Shown: in pieces, positions 40,779 through 50,310 of the stretch | How the letters are laid out: every line of letters begins with the position of its first letter | Numbering within the stretch: position 1 is the first letter of the stretch | Assembly (NCBI GenBank): GCA_963845145.1 | Contig: CAWJQU010000002.1 | Location: 288,001-352,000, forward strand | Direction: 5' to 3' | DNA length: 64,000 bases | From: an uncultured delta proteobacterium | GTDB lineage: Bacteria > Desulfobacterota > Desulfobacteria > Desulfobacterales > QNYZ01 | Position numbers and translations under genes: made by a program | Notes under the pieces: generated by a model | What the model was told of the DNA's origin: nothing | Databases searched by the model: none | What the model saw: the letters and a program-made list of their open reading frames with translations, nothing else

Positions 40779-41606
40779 TCAAGCGGATAGATTTTGGGTT
40801 GCGTCACCCCACCCATGCCGGATGGCAAGTTTTTCAAACATTTGGGCCAGCCCAACCCCCAACGTAAAAACGGCCTCGATGTCCAGGTTTTGATCAGCGG
40901 TTTCATCAAAAAACACATTAAAGCTCGATGCCATTCCATCCTCGGGCTGCCAATAGCATAGCATGATGGGTACTTGGGGCAACGGGTACAAAACCACGGA
41001 AATATCCGCCTCGAATTGCTCTTCCACCTGCCGGCCATTAAAAATGTGAACGATATCCTCAAAAAATCCGGTGTAACTGTCTGCCAGCCTTTTTATGGCT
41101 GTTTCGCACCGTTTTTTAAAAAGCAGATGCCGCTCCTGTCCGCCACCAAGCTCCCGAAATGACACCCAGTTGCCGGAAATGGGTAAACCTTTACCCAGAA
41201 TATAGGCTAAAAATGGGACCGCGACCCAAGGGTTGACATGAATATCCGTAGATAAATTACCCTGAGCGTCGATACTAAAGTCCTTGCCTAAAATCTTAAG
41301 CGTTAATCGATTTTCCACAAACCGAGCACCAATTCGGTTAGCCGCGACCGCAAGGTCTGTTTCCAACGCTCGATCGATTAGCAGCTGAAGGGCTTTTTCA
41401 CCTTCAGCATCCTTTTTTTTGGATTCTTCATCAATCCCCGATAGTTGGGCCAGTTGGTCCGTTTTCAGTTTGGGGCATTCGCTTAACTTTTTCTGGCCGG
41501 TATACACGGCACCGGCAAAAGCCAAACAGGTTTTTTTTCCACATTCCCGGCAATTGGACTGGTCCAGTAAACGGAAAATTTCCATGGTGTTTTTCGGTGG
41601 ACTCAT
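40779..41606 (-). CDS. N-terminal [4Fe-4S] domain fused to DUF3786
   Basis: SNCRECGKKTCLAFA...LSECP (FeS domain as in RnfB/AcsC); WVSFRELGGG, PLPQVPI...W..ED. Confidence 0.85.
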   Translation of the reverse strand: MSPPKNTMEIFRLLDQSNCRECGKKTCLAFAGAVYTGQKKLSECPKLKTDQLAQLSGIDEESKKKDAEGEKALQLLIDRALETDLAVAANRIGARFVENRLTLKILGKDFSIDAQGNLSTDIHVNPWVAVPFLAYILGKGLPISGNWVSFRELGGGQERHLLFKKRCETAIKRLADSYTGFFEDIVHIFNGRQVEEQFEADISVVLYPLPQVPIMLCYWQPEDGMASSFNVFFDETADQNLDIEAVFTLGVGLAQMFEKLAIRHGWGDATQNLSA

Positions 41607-41661
41607 CAGCGCCTCTTCCTGCAACCTTTCACGATATATTTGTATGATTCGCCTGGCCGAT

Positions 41662-42246
41662 TCATTTGCGCGCCGATAACTTAGCAATCATGGCGCCCGC
41701 CCCCGCACCGCAAAGATGGCCGTCCCAGGAAATACCCGCTTGTCCCGGCATAATCCCGGTAATCAGGCTGCCACCATACAGAAAACCAACTAGAATGGAA
41801 ACCAACAAAGCGATGAAACGTTTTTCAAACAGACCTGAAAAAAATAGAAAAGTAATCAACCCAAAAACAAGGCCGCTGGCACCAATATGGATCACCGGTC
41901 GGCCAAAGCACCACAACAGCGTTCCGCCCAAAAGGGTAATCAGCGTCACAATAACCCAGGAGTTGGCTCGGGACCCGGTCAGCAGAAACAAAAGGACAAC
42001 CAAGGGTACCGTATTGCTCACAATATGTTGCAGGTTTCCATGCAAAAAAGGCATCAAGGCAATACCGGCCAAGCCGACAACGCGGCGAGGGATCAGGCCA
42101 AACCGCTCCAAAGGCAGAACCATATCCAAAGCAAACACTACCCAGATGGTCACAACGATCAGAATAATTCCGCCCACTTCACTGCGCGCCGGTTGCGGAA
42201 TGACCGTTTTCCAGGGCCTGGTTTGGCCTGTTCGCCTTGATTTCAT
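41662..42246 (-). CDS. Rhomboid intramembrane serine protease
   Basis: PFLHG, HIVSNT, HIGASG, SWDGHLCG. Confidence 0.92.
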   Translation of the reverse strand: MKSRRTGQTRPWKTVIPQPARSEVGGIILIVVTIWVVFALDMVLPLERFGLIPRRVVGLAGIALMPFLHGNLQHIVSNTVPLVVLLFLLTGSRANSWVIVTLITLLGGTLLWCFGRPVIHIGASGLVFGLITFLFFSGLFEKRFIALLVSILVGFLYGGSLITGIMPGQAGISWDGHLCGAGAGAMIAKLSARK

Positions 42247-42582
42247 GTCATCGATTCATTCATACGAGCATCCATGTTGTAATGGGATGGGGACATATTA
42301 CTTGCCCAGGACGATATCAAGTTAACGATAAAGCGCAATTTTCGAGAAACTAGGGTAATAGGCAAGGGGTAAAACAGCCCACGGGTATCGATCATGGTAG
42401 TCATTTCGACCTCACCGGTGTCTATAATCGGCCGGGCCAGATTATTAAAATATCAGATAACGCCGCTTTAAATGAGAATAAGGTCATGTCGATCTATTTA
42501 CAACGTAAACGCTATGGTTTCGCGTAAAGATCGAAAACGAATTGACCCCGTCAAGCAATTGACCATTAGGCTCGAAAGAGGG

Positions 42583-43158
42583 CTATACCATGCCTTTAAA
42601 GGCAAAAAAGGTAAGTGACAGGACGCCGGCCGTAACCAATGCAATGGAAGTATCCTGAAGGGGTTTGGGGACCCGGGCGAGTAGAATCCGCTCTCGAACC
42701 CCGGCAAAGAGGATCAGGGCCAGGCCAAAACCCACGGCATAACTGAACGATGCGACTATGGCCTCGATAAAGGTATACTCCTCCTTCACATTGATCAGAC
42801 AGGCCCCCATCACAGCGCAATTGGTGGTAATCAGCGGCAGGAAAATACCCAATCCCGCATAGAGCGCGGGAATACTCTTTTTAAGAAACATCTCCACAAA
42901 CTGGACCAGAGAGGCAATCACCAGAATAAATGCCAGGGTGCGTAAATATTCGATGTTAAATTTAACCAGGACAAAGGTATTGAGTAGCCAGGTGATCAGT
43001 CCGGCCATAACCAGCACGAAGATGACCGCAAAAGACATCCCCACGGCGGTTTCCATTTTTTTGGATGTGCCTAAAAACGGACAGTTCCCTAAATATTGAG
43101 CCAGCAGAATGTTGTTGACCAATATGCACCCGATGGCCAGAACGACTAAATCACCCAT
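42583..43158 (-). CDS. rnfA: Rnf subunit A
   Basis: YLGNCPFLG, LVQFVEM, LPLITTNCAVMG. Confidence 0.95.
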   Translation of the reverse strand: MGDLVVLAIGCILVNNILLAQYLGNCPFLGTSKKMETAVGMSFAVIFVLVMAGLITWLLNTFVLVKFNIEYLRTLAFILVIASLVQFVEMFLKKSIPALYAGLGIFLPLITTNCAVMGACLINVKEEYTFIEAIVASFSYAVGFGLALILFAGVRERILLARVPKPLQDTSIALVTAGVLSLTFFAFKGMV

Positions 43159-43166
43159 AACTTCCC

Positions 43167-43760
43167 CTATTTACTTTCCAGCATATTCATGGCGCACAGC
43201 ATCAGGCCCAAACCGACAAAGGCGCCCGGCGCCTCGACCATAAATTTAAACGGCTCAAAGGAGGGGCCGAATAGTGAAAACCCATAAAACGTCCCATTTC
43301 CAAGAACCTCTCTCACCGCACCAAGTGCACCCAAGGCCAGGGTAAACCCAAGCCCGATACCCAGTCCATCCGCCAGAGAACGAACGACCGAGTTTTTGGC
43401 CGCAAACGCCTCGGCCCGGCCCAAAACGACGCAGTTAACCACGATCAGCGGTATAAAAATACCGAGGCTTAAAAAGAGCGGATAAGCATGGGCCTGCATC
43501 ATCAGTTCGACAACGGTGACAAAGGTGGCGATGATGATGATATAACAGGCAATACGAACCTTATCGGGAATGACATTCCTTAATAGGGATACAAGCATAT
43601 TCGAGCAAACCAGAACAAATGTGGTTGCCACCCCCATTCCCAACCCGTCTCCGACCGATTTCGTGACGGCCAGGGCCGGGCACAGGCCCAGTACCAAGCG
43701 AAACGGCGGTACCTCCTGCCAAAGCCCTTTAACAAACTCTTGTGCAATCGATCTGGCCAT
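43167..43760 (-). CDS. rnfE: Rnf subunit E
   Basis: LGLCPALAVT, IPLIVVNC..LGRAE, REVLG. Confidence 0.95.
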   Translation of the reverse strand: MARSIAQEFVKGLWQEVPPFRLVLGLCPALAVTKSVGDGLGMGVATTFVLVCSNMLVSLLRNVIPDKVRIACYIIIIATFVTVVELMMQAHAYPLFLSLGIFIPLIVVNCVVLGRAEAFAAKNSVVRSLADGLGIGLGFTLALGALGAVREVLGNGTFYGFSLFGPSFEPFKFMVEAPGAFVGLGLMLCAMNMLESK

Positions 43761-43783
43761 TTTTTCTCTCTCTGTTTGACGCT

Positions 43784-44374
43784 TTATTTCATCGCGGCGA
43801 TCTGTTCCTGAATTTTCGGTTTCAGTGCCTGATACACGCTACCGGCCGAGGAGGCTGCCTGGCAGACTGCCCGGGAGGTAATGGTGGCACCGGACAAGGC
43901 GTTGATTCGACCGCCGTCCTTAGCCACTTTAAAGGGATCCTTGATGTTCCCGCCGCTAAATTGGGATACAAAGCTCGGGTCATCTTTGGCACGGGAGCCC
44001 AAACCCGGAGTTTCGGCATGAGTGGACACTTGCACCCCCAGCACCTCATCTTTATCCATATTGATACCGACAATCACGCCCACGGGGCCGCCATATCCTT
44101 CGGCAAAATCTTCCAGGGCCACGGTATTGGCCTTTCCGTTAAATTTGCCTACGAATACACTGTATTCTTTTTCACCATCTTTAATTTTGAAGCGATCGGT
44201 GATGGGGTCATTTTCAGCGCCCTCCATAATAACCTTAATCGCCGGGCCCTTAACAAATTTTAGCTGTTGCATCTCGATCTGCTCAAGCGTACTGTCTCGA
44301 ATCGACGCCAAAAGCCCACCTGAAAACGCTGTCAATACCGTCAACACGACAACCATTTTCACCATATCGTTCAT
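43784..44374 (-). CDS. rnfG: Rnf subunit G
   Basis: GYGGP, ETPGLG, FMN-attachment motif SGATITS. Confidence 0.95.
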   Translation of the reverse strand: MNDMVKMVVVLTVLTAFSGGLLASIRDSTLEQIEMQQLKFVKGPAIKVIMEGAENDPITDRFKIKDGEKEYSVFVGKFNGKANTVALEDFAEGYGGPVGVIVGINMDKDEVLGVQVSTHAETPGLGSRAKDDPSFVSQFSGGNIKDPFKVAKDGGRINALSGATITSRAVCQAASSAGSVYQALKPKIQEQIAAMK

Positions 44375-44375
44375 A

Positions 44376-45336
44376 TCAGCTTACCTTTCCCAACACTTTA
44401 GGCCGTATCTTATCTAAAAGTGGGCTGACGAGGTTGGCCAACAGGATGGCTAAGACAACGCCGTCGATCCATATCACCAATATTGCGTATCAGTACGGTC
44501 ATGATCCCGGCAAGGGCGCCATAAATCAGCATGGGGATAAACCCAACTGGTGAAGAAGAATCGTCCGTGGCCAGAAAAATGGCACCGATAAGGGTATACC
44601 CGGTCAGTAGATGAAATATCGGATCGGCATATTTGGCGGCGTCAGTACCATAAAACAACATCGCCGTTACAAAAACGCCCCCTAAAAATGAGACCACAAT
44701 TTCCCATCGAATGAAACCACGCAGGATCAGATAAATGCCCCCCGCGATCAACGCCAGGCCAAAGGCAGAGCCGATGCCCCCAATTTGCCGCCCTAAAAGT
44801 AGATCCATGTACCCGAATGATTCGATAGCCGCAGTGCCGAAATGCTTCACTTCGGCCAGAGGAAATCCCATGGTAAATCCAAAGTCGTAGTTGACCAATG
44901 CTTCGTTTAAATCCAGATGGTCACTCCAGGAAAGCATCAGCATGGCGATGGTCAAAGCCACGGGATGAAAGGGATTGCTGCCGATACCACCGAAGATATG
45001 TTTACCGATGACCATTGCCAGAAAAGTGCCGACGATTACCAACCACCAAGGGGCTGTCGCCGGCAGCAACATGGCCAGTAAAAGCCCGGTCAGGGCTGCG
45101 TGTCCGTCACCGACGGTCACCGGTTGGCGCATCATCCCATTCATAATCCTTTCCCAGATGATGCAAAAAGCGATGGAAAACGCCACGACACCAACCGCCG
45201 GCATACCGTATCGAAAACAGCCCATGGCCGCCGCGGGCGCCGCGGCCAGCATAATATTGTAATTGCGTTGGGGGATACTGCTGCCGTTATGCCAGAAAGG
45301 GGCATGGGATACGATTAGTTTCTTTCGATCAATCAT
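44376..45336 (-). CDS. rnfD: Rnf subunit D (divergent; +1 frameshift near 44475)
   Basis: GKHIFGGIGSN.F.P, FLATD..SSP; removing one base near 44475 restores DGVVLAILLANLVSPLLDKIRPK*. Confidence 0.88.
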
Positions 45337-46615
45337 TGGCTGCCTCCGCCAGGCGCTGGCGTGAAAGTTCAGATTTTCCCAGTTTTATGTATTGAAAAAT
45401 CGGTATCTTGGAAACACAAACATAGCTGCAAAGACCGCATTCGATACATGCGTCCAAAGCATATTGGTCGGCGGCCTCCTCGTACTCACCTGCCTCTAAA
45501 AAACGGACCAGCATGTCTATGGGGATATTGACCGGGCAGACGCGGATACAATCGCCACAATTGATACAGGGATAGTCCGAGGACAAGGGAATTTGATCCC
45601 GATCCTGAATGAGCACGGCATCCGTGTCCGCTAAAATCGGATAATCAAGGTTATAAACGGCCTGACCGGTCATGGGGCCACCAAAAATGAGCTGGTCCCG
45701 CTCGTTAACGGTTATGCCTTGGGCGGAAAGAACCGCACCGACCGGCGTACCAACACAAACCGCAGCCAATGACTGGGCACCGTCTTTATCGATAATTGTG
45801 ATGACCTTATTATACGGTACTTCCCCTTCGGCATAGGCCCGGCCGATTGAGGCAACGCCCTCAACACCAAACATGGCCACGCCGATATCTTCAAATGCCT
45901 GACCGGCTAAAATCTCTTTTTTCAGAAGGCTACCGACAATTAGATACGGATTGCCGGATGGGTAGGCCAGATCGACGGCCATTACTTCCGCGCTGATGTG
46001 CCCATACCCCTGTAGCTGCTCCCGTGGCACAACCAATACGATCTTTTCCACGGTTGTTATACGGCGCAGTAAATCGATCCCCTTTATTACGGATGCAAGG
46101 TCTGTTTTGAGGACATATTGGCGGGTACCGACTAAAATATCCTTATCCACGGCATCGATGACGATGGTATCGATGGGCTTGTTCGAATCCATCACAAGGT
46201 CCAGCGGGGGCTTACCCGGCGCCTGCCCCAGATAATCCCGGGCCGATTCGATGTCGGGAGAATCGATACATGCGCCAAAACCGCTATCCATTGCCACATT
46301 GTCGGCGGTTTTCATGGTGACGGCGGTAAACTGCCGCCCAAAATCACCGGCAAAGGCTGTGATACCAGTTACCGTTCCAGCCACCGGGCTCACTCGTGTA
46401 CCGCCGGGGCCATCCTTTAAAACCATCAACTGTCCACGTTTGATTGAATCACCGTTTTGAATTTTCAGATCCGTCATTTTTTCAAAGGGTGTGTCAAACA
46501 GGCAGGTTACAGAATCGGGTAACGGAATCTGCCGTATCCGTGAGGGGGGGTCCAGCAGCCTTTCGTAAGTAAGGGTGGGCTTGGACAATCCCAAAAAGGA
46601 TTTTTTTAGCATCAC
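45329..46615 (-). CDS. rnfC: Rnf subunit C (divergent)
   Basis: GDSIKRGQ..SPVAGTV, YPSG, VGTP, GGPMTG, CINCGDCIRVCP, CIECGLCSYVC. Confidence 0.88.
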   Translation of the reverse strand: MMLKKSFLGLSKPTLTYERLLDPPSRIRQIPLPDSVTCLFDTPFEKMTDLKIQNGDSIKRGQLMVLKDGPGGTRVSPVAGTVTGITAFAGDFGRQFTAVTMKTADNVAMDSGFGACIDSPDIESARDYLGQAPGKPPLDLVMDSNKPIDTIVIDAVDKDILVGTRQYVLKTDLASVIKGIDLLRRITTVEKIVLVVPREQLQGYGHISAEVMAVDLAYPSGNPYLIVGSLLKKEILAGQAFEDIGVAMFGVEGVASIGRAYAEGEVPYNKVITIIDKDGAQSLAAVCVGTPVGAVLSAQGITVNERDQLIFGGPMTGQAVYNLDYPILADTDAVLIQDRDQIPLSSDYPCINCGDCIRVCPVNIPIDMLVRFLEAGEYEEAADQYALDACIECGLCSYVCVSKIPIFQYIKLGKSELSRQRLAEAAND

Positions 46616-46663
46616 TTAATATTCCTTAAAGTTTTCAGCCTTAACGAAATCCGATACATCTCG

Positions 46664-47095
46664 CTATTTTACATGACACTCGGCGCAATCAAACGGCCCC
46701 TGGCCAAATTCCTCATGGCAACCGATACATTGATTGTGGAAGGCATCTCCGCTAACGAGCATCTCGGTATCTTCGACCTCGTCCGCCTCATGGCAATCCA
46801 AACAGGACTCCGGCATTGATTCCGCCTGGGCCTTGGTGTGGCATTCACCACAACTTCTCAAATCCGCTTCATCTTCCATAGGGTGATGATGACAGTCTTT
46901 ACAGGCCAACCCGTAGCCATTGTCATCGGCATGGGTTTTATGGTCAAATAAGACCTTTCCCGTTGCGGTCGTATACATGACGCGAATGGGCGTTTCCGGC
47001 GTTTCGGCCGAAAAAACCGTATAGCTTAAAATACCGATAAACAGAAAATAAATGGCCAGGCCGTAAGCAATCTTTATTTGTGTTTTTGAAGCCAT
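46664..47095 (-). CDS. Class III (c3-type) multiheme cytochrome with five CxxCH motifs
   Basis: N-terminal TM/signal; VLFDHKTH; CKDCH, CGECH, CLDCH, CIGCH, CAECH. Confidence 0.92.
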   Translation of the reverse strand: MASKTQIKIAYGLAIYFLFIGILSYTVFSAETPETPIRVMYTTATGKVLFDHKTHADDNGYGLACKDCHHHPMEDEADLRSCGECHTKAQAESMPESCLDCHEADEVEDTEMLVSGDAFHNQCIGCHEEFGQGPFDCAECHVK

Positions 47096-47280
47096 CAGGT
47101 CTTAAGTTCCTTTAATGGTCGACCCAGGCCGCATCGGACCAAACCGGTCACGAAACGCACCGCCCATGGGACATTTGTATTTGTTTACTACCATCATTTA
47201 ACGATCCGATCCGGTAAGATCAGGTCCAAATCGGAAACTCAGCTTTGCTACCATAATGCCCCACTGCTTTCAAGCATTTT

Positions 47281-49014
47281 TTAGTTGGGGCAGGCCCCGC
47301 ATTGCGTACAGGCTTCCGCAGGGCAAGGGTCAGATGGGCAAGCCTCAAGGGCTTTTTTATATTCCCTGACTAAAAATGATCGGCGAACGCCGGTATCGAT
47401 AAAATCCCACGGCAAGGGCTCGAGAATATCCCGACGGCGATATACAAAATCGTCCGGGTTAAATGCCACTTCGGCCAAAGCGCTAGGCCAGTCGCCATCG
47501 TGACGATGGGCGGCCAACAACGCCTGGCCGATCCGCCGGTCGCCCCTGGCCAATAAGGCTTGTAGATAAGCCTGGCGCGGACTTTCACTTCTAAAAACAA
47601 GATTCGGAATTCTTCCGATACCTTTCCGAATGGTCATGATTTTCTTTTTAAGAAGGGACACGTTATCCATCGCCGCCCATTGAAAGGGGGTGAAAGGTTT
47701 GGGGACAAAACAATTCAAACTGACGGTAATTTTCCCCATTTTACCCCGCGGGCGGCTTTCACGCAAAAATATCTTTTTGATGGCTTCTGTCAATGCAACA
47801 ATGGCAAGCACATCCGCTTCGGTTTCAAGGGGCAACCCTACCATGAAATAGAGCTTCAGGTTGGCGATTCCGGCGGACACGAGGGCTGCCGTGCTTTTTA
47901 AGATATCTTCTTCGGTCAGGCCTTTATTGATCACCCGCCGCATGCGTTCGGAACCGGCATCCGGGGCGATCGTGGCGGTTTTTACGCCGCTTTTTACCAT
48001 GGCATCAATAAACGCTTCACTGAGCGCATCGGCCCGAAAAGAGCTAAAAGCCAGTGAAACATCCATTGCCGCGGCCTGCCGACATAGAGATTCGATTCCC
48101 GGCAGATCGGAAACAGCTGTCCCCACCAGGCCGATTCGATCGGCCATTTTTTTGCCTTTTTTAATATCCGCCACCAGTGCAGGGATACTCCTGAACCGCG
48201 GTGGCCGTGAGATAAACCCGGAACTGCAAAACCGACACCCCCGCGAACACCCGCGACCGATTTCGATCAGATACCGGCTATCAAAAACCGCCTGTGAGGA
48301 TACCACCACACTATGGGTTGCCGATTCGGTAAGATCGCGCAGGATCATCCGCTGAACCTGGTCAGGTATCCCTGAGGATACACGTCTGCCGATAAAAGCG
48401 CCATTTGTATCATACACGGGACGATAAAGGGCGGGGACGTAAACACCGGGTATGTGTGGAGCGATTGTTTCGACGAAAACCGACGGTGAGCCGCGTTGGG
48501 GCCCCTCTTTTAAATAGGATTGGATAAAAGTCGGTAAGAGAACTTCGGCTTCGCCGATAAAGATCAGGTCGAAAAAGGATGCAATGGGTTCGGGGTTGAG
48601 CCAGCAGGCCACCCCACCTGCGACCACAAGGGGGTGGAGTTCCTTGCGATCATCGGATCGCAGGGGGAGGCCTGCCAAATCAAGGATGGTTAAAATATGG
48701 AGATAATCAAGTTCAAACGATACGGAAAACGCGACAATATCAAAATCGGTCAGCGCCCGCCCTGATTCCAAGGTTTTTGGCGGATGCGCGCCATTTCCGT
48801 CTTTTTCCTCCGGTAAAAAGGCCCTTTCACATACCACCCTGTCCATTTCGTTCAACAGGCGGTAGACGGTCTGGAACCCCAGGTTGGCAGTGCCCACCCC
48901 ATAATGGTTGGGGTACACCAAGGCTACCGAGAGGCGATTTTTCCAGGTTTTGTGAATAACGCCGATTTCACGCGGAAGATCGGCTCGAGCGTGCTTTTCT
49001 TTTTTGCCTTTCAT
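47281..49014 (-). CDS. B12-binding-like radical SAM protein (TIGR03960-like)
   Basis: YPN.Y..G.ANLG, EIGRGCSRGCRFC, LKLYFMVGLP, FVPKPFTPFQW, C-terminal CxxCGAC. Confidence 0.9.
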   Translation of the reverse strand: MKGKKEKHARADLPREIGVIHKTWKNRLSVALVYPNHYGVGTANLGFQTVYRLLNEMDRVVCERAFLPEEKDGNGAHPPKTLESGRALTDFDIVAFSVSFELDYLHILTILDLAGLPLRSDDRKELHPLVVAGGVACWLNPEPIASFFDLIFIGEAEVLLPTFIQSYLKEGPQRGSPSVFVETIAPHIPGVYVPALYRPVYDTNGAFIGRRVSSGIPDQVQRMILRDLTESATHSVVVSSQAVFDSRYLIEIGRGCSRGCRFCSSGFISRPPRFRSIPALVADIKKGKKMADRIGLVGTAVSDLPGIESLCRQAAAMDVSLAFSSFRADALSEAFIDAMVKSGVKTATIAPDAGSERMRRVINKGLTEEDILKSTAALVSAGIANLKLYFMVGLPLETEADVLAIVALTEAIKKIFLRESRPRGKMGKITVSLNCFVPKPFTPFQWAAMDNVSLLKKKIMTIRKGIGRIPNLVFRSESPRQAYLQALLARGDRRIGQALLAAHRHDGDWPSALAEVAFNPDDFVYRRRDILEPLPWDFIDTGVRRSFLVREYKKALEACPSDPCPAEACTQCGACPN

Positions 49015-49065
49015 AAAATAATCCGTACCTGCACTCGAGCCGGACAATCGCGCCGAACGTCTCTT

Positions 49066-50274
49066 TTAATCGGCACTCCTTCTTAAAAAGGTCGGAATCT
49101 CAAGATCCTCCTGGTCGATTACCAGGCCGTAATGCCGATGGACTTTGCCGTCCTGATCGCTTTCCACGATTGCTTCCGGTTCGATTCTTCCCTGCCCACT
49201 GAAACGGGATTCCTGTTGCATGTCTTCAGGTGTAATATCCCTTACTTTACCACGTGGCTTAAATTCCCGAATAACATCTTTTGGGTGGTACTCTTCTTCC
49301 ACCGCTTCAGGGATGTCTTTTTCGCCGATACCGGTTGCAATCACGGTCACCCGCATCTCATCGCCAACTTCGTCATCAATCACCGCACCCCAGATAATTT
49401 CGGCATCGTTGCCGACCTCTTCATGGATCTTCTCTGAGGCCTCGACCATCTCTTCCATGGTCAGATCGCTACTGCTGGTAATATTAACCAACACACCTCT
49501 GGCTCCGGAGATGGAGATATCCTCCAAGAGCTGATGGGATATGGCCTTGCTGGCCGCCTCAATGGCTCGGTTTTCACCGCTGGCCATACCGATCCCCATG
49601 ATAGCCATTCCGGCCTTGGACATGGTTGTTTTGATATCGGCAAAATCCAGATTCACCAACCCGGGCATGGTAATCAGATCGGTAATCCCCTTCACCGAAT
49701 GAAGCAGAATCTCATCCGCTTTTTTAAACATGTCTATCAGACGCGCGTTACGTGGCGCAAGCCCTCGTAAACGGTCGTTGGGAATGGTAATCACCGTATC
49801 GGCAACTTTTTTCAATTCCTCAATTCCGGCTTCAGCCATCTCGTTTCTTTTGCGCCCTTCAAAGGAAAAAGGCCGCGTGATCACCGCTACCGTTAACGCC
49901 CCCAGCTCCTTGCAGATTTCGGCTACGACAGGCGCGGCACCGGTACCGGTGCCACCACCGAACCCGGCGGTGATAAAAACCATGTGGCTGTCGTCCAGTA
50001 GCCTTGTCAACTCCTCATAGTTTTCAAGCGCTGCTTCGCGTCCCAGTTGAGGATTCGCGCCGGCCCCAAGGCCTTCGGTAACCTCTCCACCCAATTGAAT
50101 CTTGGTGGCTGCTTTGGATATGTCCAGCGCCTGTGCGTCGGTATTAGCCGCGATAAATTGAACCCCGTTTAAATTTGAATCGATCATGTTGTTCACCGCG
50201 TTTCCGCCGGCGCCGCCCACACCAATTACTTTGATTTTTGCTCCCGCCTCTTTCTCCACATACGTAAACATCAT
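49066..50274 (-). CDS. ftsZ: Cell division protein FtsZ
   Basis: IKVIGVGGAGGNAVN, GGGTGTG, NLDFAD, IPTFLR. Confidence 0.99.
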   Translation of the reverse strand: MMFTYVEKEAGAKIKVIGVGGAGGNAVNNMIDSNLNGVQFIAANTDAQALDISKAATKIQLGGEVTEGLGAGANPQLGREAALENYEELTRLLDDSHMVFITAGFGGGTGTGAAPVVAEICKELGALTVAVITRPFSFEGRKRNEMAEAGIEELKKVADTVITIPNDRLRGLAPRNARLIDMFKKADEILLHSVKGITDLITMPGLVNLDFADIKTTMSKAGMAIMGIGMASGENRAIEAASKAISHQLLEDISISGARGVLVNITSSSDLTMEEMVEASEKIHEEVGNDAEIIWGAVIDDEVGDEMRVTVIATGIGEKDIPEAVEEEYHPKDVIREFKPRGKVRDITPEDMQQESRFSGQGRIEPEAIVESDQDGKVHRHYGLVIDQEDLEIPTFLRRSAD

Positions 50275-50310
50275 TCTCCACCTCCCTTGGTTTGAAACTA
50301 CTGCACTACA

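Noticed and set aside
40733..41062. N-terminal extensions in the ORF track (also murG 55974-56249, HK 29466-29555)
   Set aside because: They overlap neighbouring real genes; better RBS/ATG starts lie downstream.
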